Part shown: in pieces, positions 20,196-29,641 of the stretch
Layout: the number at the start of each line of letters is the position of its first letter
How positions within the stretch are numbered: position 1 is the first letter of the stretch
Source of the DNA: Candidatus Nomurabacteria bacterium RIFOXYB1_FULL_39_16
GTDB lineage: Bacteria > Patescibacteriota > Minisyncoccia > Phycocordibacterales > UBA9973
Assembly: GCA_001787205.1 (NCBI GenBank)
Contig: MFWB01000007.1
Coordinates: forward strand, 1 to 63,060
Length of the DNA stretch: 63,060 nucleotides
Reading direction: 5' to 3'
Notes under the pieces: generated by a model
What the model was told of the DNA's origin: nothing
The model's database searches: none
Seen by the model: the letters and a program-made list of their open reading frames with translations, nothing else
Position numbers and translations under genes: made by a program

Positions 20196-21275
20196 ATGCA
20201 TGATTTAGCCTTGTATCGCAAATACAGACCCGCAAGCTTCAAAGAAGTCTTGGGCCAAGACCATATTACGAAAGTCCTAGAAAGCTCAGTGGAGACAAAT
20301 AAAGTCTCGCACGCATACCTTTTTGTTGGTTCCAGGGGCACAGGGAAGACTTCCGTCGCTAGAATTTTCGCCAATGAGATCGGCGTATCTGTCAACGACC
20401 TCTACGAGATAGATGCCGCTTCCAACAGGGGAATTGAAGATATAAAAGAACTACGCAGTGGTGTGCGAGTACTGCCTTTTGACTCCAAATATAAGGTTTA
20501 CATCATAGATGAGGTGCATATGCTCTCTAAGGATGCTTGGGGAGCCTTACTTAAGACCCTAGAAGAGCCTCCGAAGCACGTTATCTTCATTTTAGCGACT
20601 ACCGAGCTTCATAAAGTGCCAGAAACTATCATTTCCCGTTGTCAGGTCTTCACTTTTAAAAAAGCTTCCGACGCAATGTGTAAGAAAATGTTGCTTGATG
20701 TCGCAAAGAAAGAGGGCTTTGAATTAGATGCCGGCAGCGCAGAACTCCTAGCCATCCTAGCAGACGGTTCGTTCCGAGATGCATTAGGTGAACTGCAAAA
20801 AATCTTAAACTTCTCCGGCAAGAGCAAGAAAATAAAAAGAGAAGACGTAGAAAAGATAACCGGCGCGCCGAAGACAACTTTAGTAAATGATTTTATTTCT
20901 GCCATCGCGGAAAAAGATTTAGTGAAGGGGATAGCGACTGTCAAAATGGCTTCAGAAGCGAATTTGGATATCAAATTGTATTTCAAACTCATCATTCAAA
21001 AATTTCGAATGGCGATAATCTTGCGCTACGCGCCGAAATTGAAAAATGAAATGATGGGCGATTTATCCGATGAGGATATTGAATTTTTACAATCTTTAGT
21101 AAAAGAAGACCCCGAACGAAAGCCTTCGGCTTCGGACGGGGCAGGCAAGGAAGCACATTTATTTACATCTTCCACCTTAGCTATTCTTCTTGAAGCGTAT
21201 CAGAATATGGATAATGCGTTTATCACCGAACTGCCTCTAGAACTTGCGTTGGTGAAAATAATTGGAGGGGAATAA
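20196..21275 (+). CDS. dnaX: DNA polymerase III gamma/tau subunit
   Basis: Walker A GSRGTGKTS, Walker B IIDEVHMLS, and SRCQVF sensor. Confidence 0.85.
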   Translation: MHDLALYRKYRPASFKEVLGQDHITKVLESSVETNKVSHAYLFVGSRGTGKTSVARIFANEIGVSVNDLYEIDAASNRGIEDIKELRSGVRVLPFDSKYKVYIIDEVHMLSKDAWGALLKTLEEPPKHVIFILATTELHKVPETIISRCQVFTFKKASDAMCKKMLLDVAKKEGFELDAGSAELLAILADGSFRDALGELQKILNFSGKSKKIKREDVEKITGAPKTTLVNDFISAIAEKDLVKGIATVKMASEANLDIKLYFKLIIQKFRMAIILRYAPKLKNEMMGDLSDEDIEFLQSLVKEDPERKPSASDGAGKEAHLFTSSTLAILLEAYQNMDNAFITELPLELALVKIIGGE

Positions 21276-21364
21276 AACTCTAAAACATAGTTTTTTATAA
21301 GAATTTGTGCTATAAATTAAGTGTTTTTGAAAAAGTAATAAGCAAATAAACTTATTCGCAAAGC

Positions 21365-21435
21365 TGGGGGATCGTCTAATGGTAGGACACGTCCCTTTGA
21401 AGGACGTTATTTTGGTCCGAATCCAAATCCCCCAG
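21365..21435 (+). tRNA. tRNA-Gln (anticodon TTG)
   Basis: Hand-folded: acceptor TGGGGGA/TCCCCCA, anticodon stem CGTCC/GGACG with loop CTTTGAA, T arm TTTGG-TCCGAAT-CCAAA, discriminator G. Confidence 0.85.
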
Positions 21436-21540
21436 CTTTGCGTGGAAGTTATAATAATATTTAATTATTTAAATTAGTTGATTAAAATAATAGTTGATCC
21501 CATTTTCTCCCCAAAAAAGCTATTATCTGTATATAAAACT

Positions 21541-21957
21541 ATGAATACATTAATTTCAGTACTTGTAGGGTTGGGCATAGGTAGTATAACGACTGCCTTT
21601 GTTTCTAACTGGCTTGATAGAAAAAAAGAAGTAGAACTAAATCTCAAAAAAATTTTAGAAGATAAATATAGAGGATTACTAGTCTTTATGGCTTGTGCTT
21701 TAGATATTGAAAAGAAAAAATACTTTACAATTAATGAACAAGTTGCACAAAAAACTTCTCAAGATTATTTAAATCAGGTAAGAGAATATTATTATCACGG
21801 TACCTTGTATTCTTCTGACGAAGTTATCTTAGCCTTAAAATCTTTTATTAAATTACCGAACAAAGAAACATATGTTGGGGTTGCACAAGCTATGAGAAAT
21901 GACCTTTGGGGAAGAAAAACGAAACTGAATTTTGATGATATAAATATTGAAAAATAA
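21541..21957 (+). CDS. Membrane-anchored hypothetical protein (first gene of a 3-gene cassette)
   Basis: ORF 21478..21957 trimmed to the ATG at 21541. It has one N-terminal TM segment (LISVLVGLGIGSITTAFV) and overlaps the next gene by 11 nt. Confidence 0.45.
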   Translation: MNTLISVLVGLGIGSITTAFVSNWLDRKKEVELNLKKILEDKYRGLLVFMACALDIEKKKYFTINEQVAQKTSQDYLNQVREYYYHGTLYSSDEVILALKSFIKLPNKETYVGVAQAMRNDLWGRKTKLNFDDINIEK

Positions 21958-22627
21958 TATGAAATTTGAACTTGAAGATTATCATCGTGGAGTTACAGAC
22001 GAAGAACTTAATGCTGACTTAAAGCGAATAGCCTTTGAGTTAAATAAAAATTTTGTTACCCAGTTAGAAAATAAAGAAAAAGGAAAATATCACACTTGTA
22101 CGCATATTAGGCGATTTGGAAGTTGGGGTGAAGCATTAGAAAAAGCAGGCCTGAAAAACATGTACCCAAAAAATTTTCTTGAAGAAGAGTTGTTTAGAAA
22201 TCTAGAAGAAATTTGGATAAAACTTGGGAGACAGCCAAAATACAACGAGATTCAAAAACCATTTTCAAGATACAGTGTTGATACTTACGCAAAACGTTTT
22301 GGTGGCTGGCATAAAGCGTTAGAAAGATTTGTTGCCTTCATAAATACTGAAGAAAACACCTCGTCTGAAGAAGCAATAAAAAATTTAAAGATTGAACCAA
22401 ATACAAAACACAAAACATCAAGAACAATAAATTGGAGATTGCGTTTCGTTGTAATGAGACAAGACAATTTTAAATGTAAAAATTGTGGACGTTCGCCCGC
22501 GACTGACCAAAGTATTATTCTTCATGTTGACCACATCAAAGCATGGGCAAATGGTGGTGAGACAGTTTTAGAGAATTTACAAACACTTTGTTCGGTGTGT
22601 AATATTGGGAAAAGTGATTTAGAGTAA
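21947..22627 (+). CDS. HNH endonuclease with two N-terminal homing-endonuclease-associated repeats
   Basis: Repeats RRFGSWGEALEKAGL and KRFGGWHKALERF. The C-terminal HNH motif is CKNCGRS...HVDHIKAWANGGETVLENLQTLCSVCN. Confidence 0.75.
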   Translation: MKNNMKFELEDYHRGVTDEELNADLKRIAFELNKNFVTQLENKEKGKYHTCTHIRRFGSWGEALEKAGLKNMYPKNFLEEELFRNLEEIWIKLGRQPKYNEIQKPFSRYSVDTYAKRFGGWHKALERFVAFINTEENTSSEEAIKNLKIEPNTKHKTSRTINWRLRFVVMRQDNFKCKNCGRSPATDQSIILHVDHIKAWANGGETVLENLQTLCSVCNIGKSDLE

Positions 22628-22636
22628 AACATACAT

Positions 22637-23287
22637 ATGTTACAAGACCATAAGGATGTATTGAAAAATTCAATAAAGGATGCATTCTCATTACAAGATA
22701 AATTTTCAGATTTCGAAATTAATAGTAATTTTCAATCTATAATTTCTCAACTAGATTTATTTAAAGTTATTGCTAGTTTAGTAATAGGTATTATTGGTAT
22801 TGGATATTTATATGATTCCAAACTAAGTGGAAATTTTTTATTGATTTCATTAATTTTTGCATTATTTACGTTGGTTTTATCTATTTCTTACACACGGGAA
22901 GTTATTGATTCACAAGGAAAACAAAATCAAAAAACGCATGCCAGTATCAAACAAAAGGTTCAAGAACATAATGATATAGTAATTGAAGCTTTCAAAAAAG
23001 ACGATTCTGAAATATTTTTTAAATATGCGAAAGCTGAATCTGAAAGAAAACACCCAGAATTGCCTTTGAATTATATGGGAGAAATAATAATATTTTGTTT
23101 TTACCTATCAGTTGGTTTTTTAGGGTTGTCCTTTATATCATATAAATATCCCATAGAGCTAGTTTCATTTAAGGTTCTTTTTTTGCTAATAATCATATTT
23201 TTTATTAGTTTTAAGGATTGGAGTATGTGGTTTTCTGAAAAACTAAGTACGCCAATTAATAGTATATTCAAAAAAAAATCTAAATAA
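22637..23287 (+). CDS. Polytopic membrane protein of unknown function
   Basis: 216 aa with about four hydrophobic spans. It starts 10 nt after the HNH gene. Confidence 0.5.
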   Translation: MLQDHKDVLKNSIKDAFSLQDKFSDFEINSNFQSIISQLDLFKVIASLVIGIIGIGYLYDSKLSGNFLLISLIFALFTLVLSISYTREVIDSQGKQNQKTHASIKQKVQEHNDIVIEAFKKDDSEIFFKYAKAESERKHPELPLNYMGEIIIFCFYLSVGFLGLSFISYKYPIELVSFKVLFLLIIIFFISFKDWSMWFSEKLSTPINSIFKKKSK

Positions 23288-23387
23288 GAACGTTTAACCC
23301 TTATTATTAAACAAAAAGGTTCCAATAGCGTACTAAACACCCAGTAAATTACTTTTCTTGACAAAAAACTTTTAGTATAGTATTCCT

Positions 23388-23600
23388 ATGAAAGAGTCTG
23401 AATGTACCAAAAGAGGGGATATGAAAAAGAAAGAGAAGGCTCGTCTCGTCAAGAGAGCAATCAAGCTGACATGGAGCTCCCTGAGAAGTCATCTGCCCTA
23501 CACCCGTCATCCCTACAAGAAGGGAGAGCCAGTCAAGCACCATAAGCAGTGCGTCCGAGAGTATGCCGAGGTTCTCCACACCCTCTGCCGGCTCCTGTGA
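23388..23600 (+). CDS. Small basic Cys/His-containing protein in a G+C-rich mini-locus; coding status uncertain
   Basis: 70-aa ORF (MKESECTKRGDMKKKEKARLVKRAIKLTW...). TTGACA lies upstream at 23358-23363 and a hairpin with a T-run lies downstream. Confidence 0.3.
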   Translation: MKESECTKRGDMKKKEKARLVKRAIKLTWSSLRSHLPYTRHPYKKGEPVKHHKQCVREYAEVLHTLCRLL

Positions 23601-23615
23601 GCCAACATCACGCGT

Positions 23616-23657
23616 CCCCAGAGAAGTCGCCGACTCTCCTGGGGCGGCTTCGTTTTT
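23616..23657 (+). terminator. Putative intrinsic terminator
   Basis: Bulged G+C-rich stem ccccagagaagtcg / cgactctcctgggg, followed within 9 nt by TTTTT. Confidence 0.4.
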
Positions 23658-23688
23658 ATATGAAATTTTAATTTGGTATAATAATTCT

Positions 23689-24195
23689 ATGACCACCCCA
23701 ATCAAAATTCCGGAATTCGGAATCAAAAGAGAAAACGAGGAAAGACGAGACGGCGGATGCGGAGTTATTTTTGACCCGCAGACTCAAAAATATGCCGTCG
23801 GGAGGAGGGAAAACGGGCTTTTTATTCTCTACGGAGGAGGTGTGGACCCTAGTGAAGATATAAAAGATGGAGTAACGAGGGAGGTGACCGAAGAAAGTGG
23901 ATTATTTGATTTTCTACATATTGAAAAAATAGAAGAAGTTATTTGTCATTATCATCACAATTACAAACATTTGAATCGTATCGCTCATGCCACTTGTTTT
24001 CTTTTTGTATTAAAAAGTGGCGACCTGGTGCCCACCAAACACGAAGCGCACGAAAATTTCACTCTAGACTGGTCAACCCCGGCAGAAATGTTAGCAAATT
24101 GGGAGGCGCGAAATCAAGAAAAAAATTATGACCATTGGATTTATTTTCTAAAAAAGTCCGTAACACGTTTGAAAGAATTGGGATACATTGCTTAA
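23689..24195 (+). CDS. NUDIX hydrolase
   Basis: ORF 23563..24195 trimmed to the ATG at 23689 (MTTPIKIPEF...). Nudix box GGGVDPSEDIKDGVTREVTEESGL. An extended -10 element TGGTATAAT sits at 23674-23682. Confidence 0.8.
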   Translation: MTTPIKIPEFGIKRENEERRDGGCGVIFDPQTQKYAVGRRENGLFILYGGGVDPSEDIKDGVTREVTEESGLFDFLHIEKIEEVICHYHHNYKHLNRIAHATCFLFVLKSGDLVPTKHEAHENFTLDWSTPAEMLANWEARNQEKNYDHWIYFLKKSVTRLKELGYIA

Positions 24196-24365
24196 AAAAG
24201 AAGGTATGGAAATCTAGTCTTTTTTGCCTAATACCTTAAAAAGTAGTATAATAATATAAATTACGTGTAATAAATACCCCTATATCCTCGTCATAATATA
24301 GAGAAGGTATTTAAGTCCTTATTATTAATTAACAATATTATTAGCGTTTAATAAAAAATATTTTT

Positions 24366-24509
24366 ATGAAAACAAAAATTATTTCTATGGTCTTGTCTCT
24401 TGCGGTCGTATTCTTCGTAGGATTCGCAAGTACAAAAAGCGCAGACGCGCAAACTGTTTCATATCCCGAAGGCTGCGCAACAGTGAACGAAGTGTTGAAA
24501 AGTCACTAA
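24366..24509 (+). pseudogene. 5' fragment of a signal-peptide/LPXTG surface-protein gene, interrupted by the integrated element
   Basis: My own translation is MKTKIISMVLSLAVVFFVGFASTKSADAQTVSYPEGCA, then 9 element-derived codons and a stop. It rejoins in frame with 61179..61549. Confidence 0.75.
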
Positions 24510-26061
24510 TCGACCTTTGTTCACAACGTATTTCTGGTTCAGTACCAGCCAATTGTTCTCTGAGTGAAGAATAGGCTTTTTGAATGTGGAAATACCATTC
24601 GAAGGCTTTAATGTTGACTATTTTGTCTTTTATCTCTCGGTTCATACCCAGACTCTTGATGATTTCTTTTCGAGTTCTTTTGTCGCCATTTTTTAGAGCA
24701 ATCAAGGCGTAAGTAGAATAATAAAATGCTTTCTCAGTTAGTTCCATGAGATTCTCGTTCTTATCACCCTCAACCTCATTTAATTGGGTTTTTAGGTTAT
24801 TTATTGTCTTGTCTAATTCAGTTCTGGATTCTCTGAATTCTTCATCCGAAACAAAGCCTTTTGTAGCCATTTGGATTAACTTCTTTAATTCTTCCTGTTT
24901 GGTTTCTATAGTCTTTAAGATATTCTCTTTTACATCTTTTTCCGTTACTGTTTCTAGGACGTTATTATCTTTCATTACTTCAAGTGTCCAATTTAAGAAG
25001 TCAGAATCAATTGTATATTTTTGGATTTCAGCCTCTATTTGTTCCTCTACCTTGGTTTCGTTAATGTTGTATTTTTGGCTACAGTAAACTACGCTCTTTT
25101 TATGGCCACAAAGGTAAAATACATAAACTTTTGTTTCTTTAGTACTTTTTATAAATTTAATCTTCTCAATACCAACGAATGAACGATTACATTCACCACA
25201 CGTAAAAGTTCCGCATCCATAAGCAAATTCATGTGTTTTTGCTCTTGGTTTACCATGTTCTTTAAGAAGTGTCTGCACACGGTCAAATTCTGCCATAGTT
25301 ATCATTGGCTTATGATCTCCTTTATACATTTTACCTTTATACATAAAGTATCCTGTGTAGAACATATTAGTAAACATGCCATAAGCACTAGTGTAGCCAA
25401 TTTTTCCTCCACCAACTTTTTTCTTTTTAGGAGTAAGTAAACCCCATTCATTTGTAGCAATATCTCGCACTTGGGGGACACTATAGTTTCCAGTTAGTAA
25501 TAAATCCCACATTTTACGAACAAGAGGGAATCGTTCTAAGTCTTCCATTATTTTATTTTCTCCTCGTGTTGCTAATTTTGTATTAAAGTAACCAACTGGT
25601 GCTAGGCAGGGCATTCTACCCATAGTTAATTTATCACCTAATCCACGTTTTACATCAACACCAAGTTTGGAAGAATAATATTGTGAATCAGAAAGAGAAT
25701 TTTGTAAGTGTTTTATTCCATCTGGGGTATTTTCAAAAGTATAACTTACAAATTTTAAATCTTTAATTAGGTTTTTTCTTATAGAATAAGTAATATCTCC
25801 AGCTTCTTTTTCATTTCTAGATAGGCGATCAGGATGCCATGCTATTATTCCATGCAACTCATCATTTAGTGCCATATTAAGCATTCTTACAAATTCTGGC
25901 CTATTGTTTGGTTCAAAGGCGCTACGACTTTCTTCAAACCAGACAATGTCGAAGTCTGGAAATTTATTTTTGATTGCTTCCTTTTGCGAAGCAATTGAAA
26001 GTGCTTGTTTTTCTTTTGCCTCACTCGATTTACGTATATACCCTCCATATTTATATTTCAT
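24385..26061 (-). CDS. Large serine recombinase (integrase)
   Basis: Catalytic serine context GYIRKSSEAKEKQ, DRLSRN, a recombinase domain, the zinc ribbon CGECNRS...YLCGHKK, and a coiled-coil segment. The last roughly 30 codons read across attL into host DNA. Confidence 0.9.
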   Translation of the reverse strand: MKYKYGGYIRKSSEAKEKQALSIASQKEAIKNKFPDFDIVWFEESRSAFEPNNRPEFVRMLNMALNDELHGIIAWHPDRLSRNEKEAGDITYSIRKNLIKDLKFVSYTFENTPDGIKHLQNSLSDSQYYSSKLGVDVKRGLGDKLTMGRMPCLAPVGYFNTKLATRGENKIMEDLERFPLVRKMWDLLLTGNYSVPQVRDIATNEWGLLTPKKKKVGGGKIGYTSAYGMFTNMFYTGYFMYKGKMYKGDHKPMITMAEFDRVQTLLKEHGKPRAKTHEFAYGCGTFTCGECNRSFVGIEKIKFIKSTKETKVYVFYLCGHKKSVVYCSQKYNINETKVEEQIEAEIQKYTIDSDFLNWTLEVMKDNNVLETVTEKDVKENILKTIETKQEELKKLIQMATKGFVSDEEFRESRTELDKTINNLKTQLNEVEGDKNENLMELTEKAFYYSTYALIALKNGDKRTRKEIIKSLGMNREIKDKIVNIKAFEWYFHIQKAYSSLREQLAGTEPEIRCEQRSISDFSTLRSLLRSLRDMKQFARLRFLYLRILRRIRPQETRP

Positions 26062-26087
26062 AATTTTTTTCTACATTAATTAATAAT

Positions 26088-26333
26088 CTACACCTTTTTA
26101 GTTTTAAGAAACATCTTTTTAGCCAGAGCATAGGAATAATCGGATATACTTACTGGCTGATAAAGAATTGCTATTGTTCGGAGTAGTGTTTCTGCTCGTG
26201 TGAGTGCTTCTGGTTCCGATAATGTTACACCAGTTTTTGCTTTAAAGAGATTTATAAACTGCAGAAGTCTTTTGCTGGAAATACTCGAGCTATTTAGGTT
26301 CATTCTATTGAATTTATTTGTAATTTTATCCAT
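26088..26333 (-). CDS. Small hypothetical protein next to the recombinase
   Basis: 81-aa ORF co-oriented with the recombinase. No family recognised. Confidence 0.4.
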   Translation of the reverse strand: MDKITNKFNRMNLNSSSISSKRLLQFINLFKAKTGVTLSEPEALTRAETLLRTIAILYQPVSISDYSYALAKKMFLKTKKV

Positions 26334-26531
26334 TTTTATTTATTTAGATTAGTAATTTTTCTAGTTTAGGCAAACTAAAAGGACGGTTCTGGCTGTCCAA
26401 TACATTTTCTCCAAAATAGGATAGATATAATGGCAGAACCGCCCTTTCAGGGTCATTATACCTATTTATTCCTATTATCTTTGTATTAGACAGCATATGA
26501 ATTATATCATTTTTGTCTCAAAGAGACCTAA

Positions 26532-28742
26532 TTAGAAGGGTATATTCTCAGTAACAATATCAATGCCGTCTTTATCTAACTCTGGCAATATGTCTGCGTT
26601 TACCCCCGACCCACCTACACTATATATTTCTTCAGTATTGATTTCAGTTTCTAGTGGAATAACAGTCATCTCTCTGCTATCATTTGTACTTCTTTCCTGC
26701 ATAATTAAACCAACTTGCTCCAATTGAGGAAGAATTTGTTGTCTTAGAGTAGCCATACTAAGTGATCTTCTATAAACCTCAAAATGTTTCTTTAGAATTT
26801 CCTTTCTAGTTATGGACTTCTTTCTATCTGCTGTGTCTGAGAATTCTGAGAACAGATTTCCTGGTTCATTCCAGAGCACCATAATAATTTTGATATATAT
26901 TTCAAAGAGATAAGGAGGCAAACCATAATCTTGTCCATAGGATAATTTATTCCAAAGTTCAAAAGCATTCTCGATGTCTTCTTTCGAAGCCCAAATATAA
27001 TTACCGTCTCGTTTTCTGAACCAAACATTAAGTAAAGCAAATCCTTTTATCATTGACATCACTTTCTTAACATCACGTTGTTGTCTTGGCTTAACACCCA
27101 CTCCTTCCTTCAAAAAAAGTTTCATTATATATTCAACGTCTTCAATATTCACATCGGAAATATTTTCTTGTCTTATCCCTAGAATTCTTTTTTTGAGTAA
27201 GTTTCTATTTGGATCTGAATTTATTTCTTGATTAAATCTTTCATAGTTAGAAGCCTTTAAAATTGCCTGCTTAATACCTTGATATATTTTATCGTGCTCT
27301 ATCGAGGGACTAAGCATTAAAAATCTGGTACTTTCTTGCTCGTCAGTTTTAAATCCAGCACTGCAAAAATAGACACTTGGAAAACCAATCAAGGTGATAT
27401 TTTTAGTTTTGTTTCCACCCTTTTGTGCCTTGTCTGTAATTTTAAGTTTAGATTCCTTCTGGTCGTGTGAGAGAATAGGACGTAATCTGGAAAGTAACGA
27501 TTGATCTGGCATATCAGTGAAGATTAAAATCTTTTTTGATAGGTCAACGATGATTTCATTTTTTTCTTTGTCATACTTTCCTTGTTCGTGGAAGAAGGCG
27601 GTAGGGGAGCAATAAGCTAAGGTTATTACATCTTCTTTTGGGAAGAGTTCAACCACAGATAGTGGAATATGTGATTTCCCTGTTGAGCTGGGTGCATTAA
27701 AGAATAAATTCATTTGTGCATCTTCTGTATAGGTAGTAAGCATTGCTAAAAATGTTACTATCTTATTTTCATCGTCCTTTTTAATTGTCGCCTCAAGAAT
27801 TTGGCACACATCTTGCATACCCATCTCCTTAAACCCAGAAACATCAATTTTTTCTGGATATGGCTTCGCATATTTAGTGAATAGATCCTCAATTGGTAAC
27901 CCTAGACGGACCACGTAGTCTCCGAGATCGCCTTTTTCTCCAACTTCTTCTGGCAGTGTAATAATAGATATGTTTTTACACTTATTCTTGAATAGTTTAT
28001 CTGCCATGTTAACTGCTCCAGTTTTACCAGCTTTGTCATTGTCGTAGCAGATAAAGTACTCCACATCTGGCTTGAAGTGTTCCATCCATGCATCTTTAGT
28101 GGTTTCTGCTCCATGTGTGCCAGTAACGCAGGGGATTCCTTTTGATTTCATTAACAGAGCATCCATTTCACCTTCGGCTATTAACAGTCTATCTTGAGTC
28201 ATTAGCAAGGTCTCCCAGTCATATATTTGGGCTTTTACTTCCATTTCAGCACTTCCACTAGGCCAGGTAATCTTGTTTTTCCCATATTTAGGATCCTGTC
28301 GTAGTTTGAAGAAGCTGTAATTACCGTCTATGTCTTTAATAGGAATGGCAATCCAGTATTTTCCATATTGATTCATATAACCTAATTTTTGAGATTTTAT
28401 TATCTCATCCGAAATACCTCTAGCATGCAGATATTCAATAATTTCTATCGGTAATGCCTCGTGTATTTTTTCTACCATTGTTGGAGTAATACTTTTAATG
28501 TTTTTCTTTTTTTCTTTCTCGATAACATCTACAAAATGTTTTTGCAAAGTAATAATATTACCTTTTGCATCACATTTTTTACACTGGTATTGACTTGTAT
28601 CTATATCAAAATACAAGTGTCCTTCATTTTCTCTACTGTTTGAGTCGCAGTTTGAGAAAATACATTTAGCTATAAGTTCCTTTCCACTCTCTCGATAGCT
28701 GATTCCTTTCTGTGAGAGATATTCTTTAATATTGTTTTTCAT
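26532..28742 (-). CDS. Primase (zinc finger plus Toprim, gp4-like) fused to a P-loop NTPase domain
   Basis: Cys4-type zinc finger CIFSNC...CKKC, Toprim motifs AEGEMDALL and YDNDKAGKTG, Walker A APSSTGKS, and Walker B-like ILIFTDMPD. Confidence 0.7.
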   Translation of the reverse strand: MKNNIKEYLSQKGISYRESGKELIAKCIFSNCDSNSRENEGHLYFDIDTSQYQCKKCDAKGNIITLQKHFVDVIEKEKKKNIKSITPTMVEKIHEALPIEIIEYLHARGISDEIIKSQKLGYMNQYGKYWIAIPIKDIDGNYSFFKLRQDPKYGKNKITWPSGSAEMEVKAQIYDWETLLMTQDRLLIAEGEMDALLMKSKGIPCVTGTHGAETTKDAWMEHFKPDVEYFICYDNDKAGKTGAVNMADKLFKNKCKNISIITLPEEVGEKGDLGDYVVRLGLPIEDLFTKYAKPYPEKIDVSGFKEMGMQDVCQILEATIKKDDENKIVTFLAMLTTYTEDAQMNLFFNAPSSTGKSHIPLSVVELFPKEDVITLAYCSPTAFFHEQGKYDKEKNEIIVDLSKKILIFTDMPDQSLLSRLRPILSHDQKESKLKITDKAQKGGNKTKNITLIGFPSVYFCSAGFKTDEQESTRFLMLSPSIEHDKIYQGIKQAILKASNYERFNQEINSDPNRNLLKKRILGIRQENISDVNIEDVEYIMKLFLKEGVGVKPRQQRDVKKVMSMIKGFALLNVWFRKRDGNYIWASKEDIENAFELWNKLSYGQDYGLPPYLFEIYIKIIMVLWNEPGNLFSEFSDTADRKKSITRKEILKKHFEVYRRSLSMATLRQQILPQLEQVGLIMQERSTNDSREMTVIPLETEINTEEIYSVGGSGVNADILPELDKDGIDIVTENIPF

Positions 28743-28779
28743 ATTTTTATTTACGAATTAATAATTATATCTTTATGTT

Positions 28780-29301
28780 TTATTTGTATGGTATAAAGAT
28801 TGAACCATATTGAGTAAAATATTCATAAAACAAGTTGATCTTATTTCCAAAATAAATAATACATTGCCCTTGAAGTGGTGCTCCAACAGGCTTACCATCT
28901 ATATTTAAAAATTTGATACGTCTTTTTACAAAACATATTCCAGAAGATGCTATTGATAACATTTTTTGAAACCATTTTGTTTCTGTGGCGTTGTTGACGA
29001 GTATTACTGCTTGGTCTATTTCACTAGAAATGAATTTGTCTGTTACTGCATTTGCAAATTGACTTATTAGGGGTTGTGCATAAGGAGGGTTCATCCAGAC
29101 ATTTCCCTTCCATTCTTTAGTAAGTCCATTTTGTTCTTCTGTAAAATACTGAGTTGCTTTAACTGTCTCATTTGCTATGAACGATGAAGCAGGATCTGTG
29201 TCTATACTTCCCATAACGCTTCGCGCTGCCTCTATGTACTCTGTTGGGGTATACCATTCATTATTACCACTGTTTTGAGATACGTGTGTTATTTTAGTCA
29301 T
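28780..29301 (-). CDS. Phage-type DNA N6-adenine methyltransferase (Dam-like, orphan)
   Basis: NEWYTP near the N-terminus and the catalytic NPPY (WMNPPYAQP). The 173-aa size fits the small phage Dam family. Confidence 0.75.
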   Translation of the reverse strand: MTKITHVSQNSGNNEWYTPTEYIEAARSVMGSIDTDPASSFIANETVKATQYFTEEQNGLTKEWKGNVWMNPPYAQPLISQFANAVTDKFISSEIDQAVILVNNATETKWFQKMLSIASSGICFVKRRIKFLNIDGKPVGAPLQGQCIIYFGNKINLFYEYFTQYGSIFIPYK

Positions 29302-29618
29302 ATAATTTCTGTTATTTTTGTACCCCTTTTAGCATTTATGTCATCCTTGTCTGTTTTTCTTATTTTCTCTCTTCTAGAAGGTTTAATACCGTCATTTTTC
29401 GTACGGTTAAGGGGTGAATTTAGGAGATAGATATATTCGAGAATCTGCTTCTTCTCTGATCTGTCATACTCTTCTTTGTCGACCAAAAGATTGAACCATC
29501 TCGCAATTCTGTCGTGAGAGAAGTTCTTTCCATTCACTATGTGGTTAAAAACAATAACTGAACCCCAGTTTGGATGTTCTCTGGCTATTTTCTCAAACAA
29601 TCTTTGAATGCTCTTCAT
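29298..29618 (-). CDS. Hypothetical protein
   Basis: 106-aa ORF overlapping the methyltransferase start by 4 nt, which suggests operon coupling. Confidence 0.4.
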   Translation of the reverse strand: MKSIQRLFEKIAREHPNWGSVIVFNHIVNGKNFSHDRIARWFNLLVDKEEYDRSEKKQILEYIYLLNSPLNRTKNDGIKPSRREKIRKTDKDDINAKRGTKITEII

Positions 29619-29641
29619 AATTTAATTCATTTAGTAATTAC

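Noticed and set aside
21365-21435. tRNA-Gln as the attachment site of the large element
   Set aside because: I found no repeat of the tRNA 3' end anywhere downstream. The recombinase-proximal junction lies 3 kb further on, inside the surface-protein gene, where an in-frame joint can be rebuilt.
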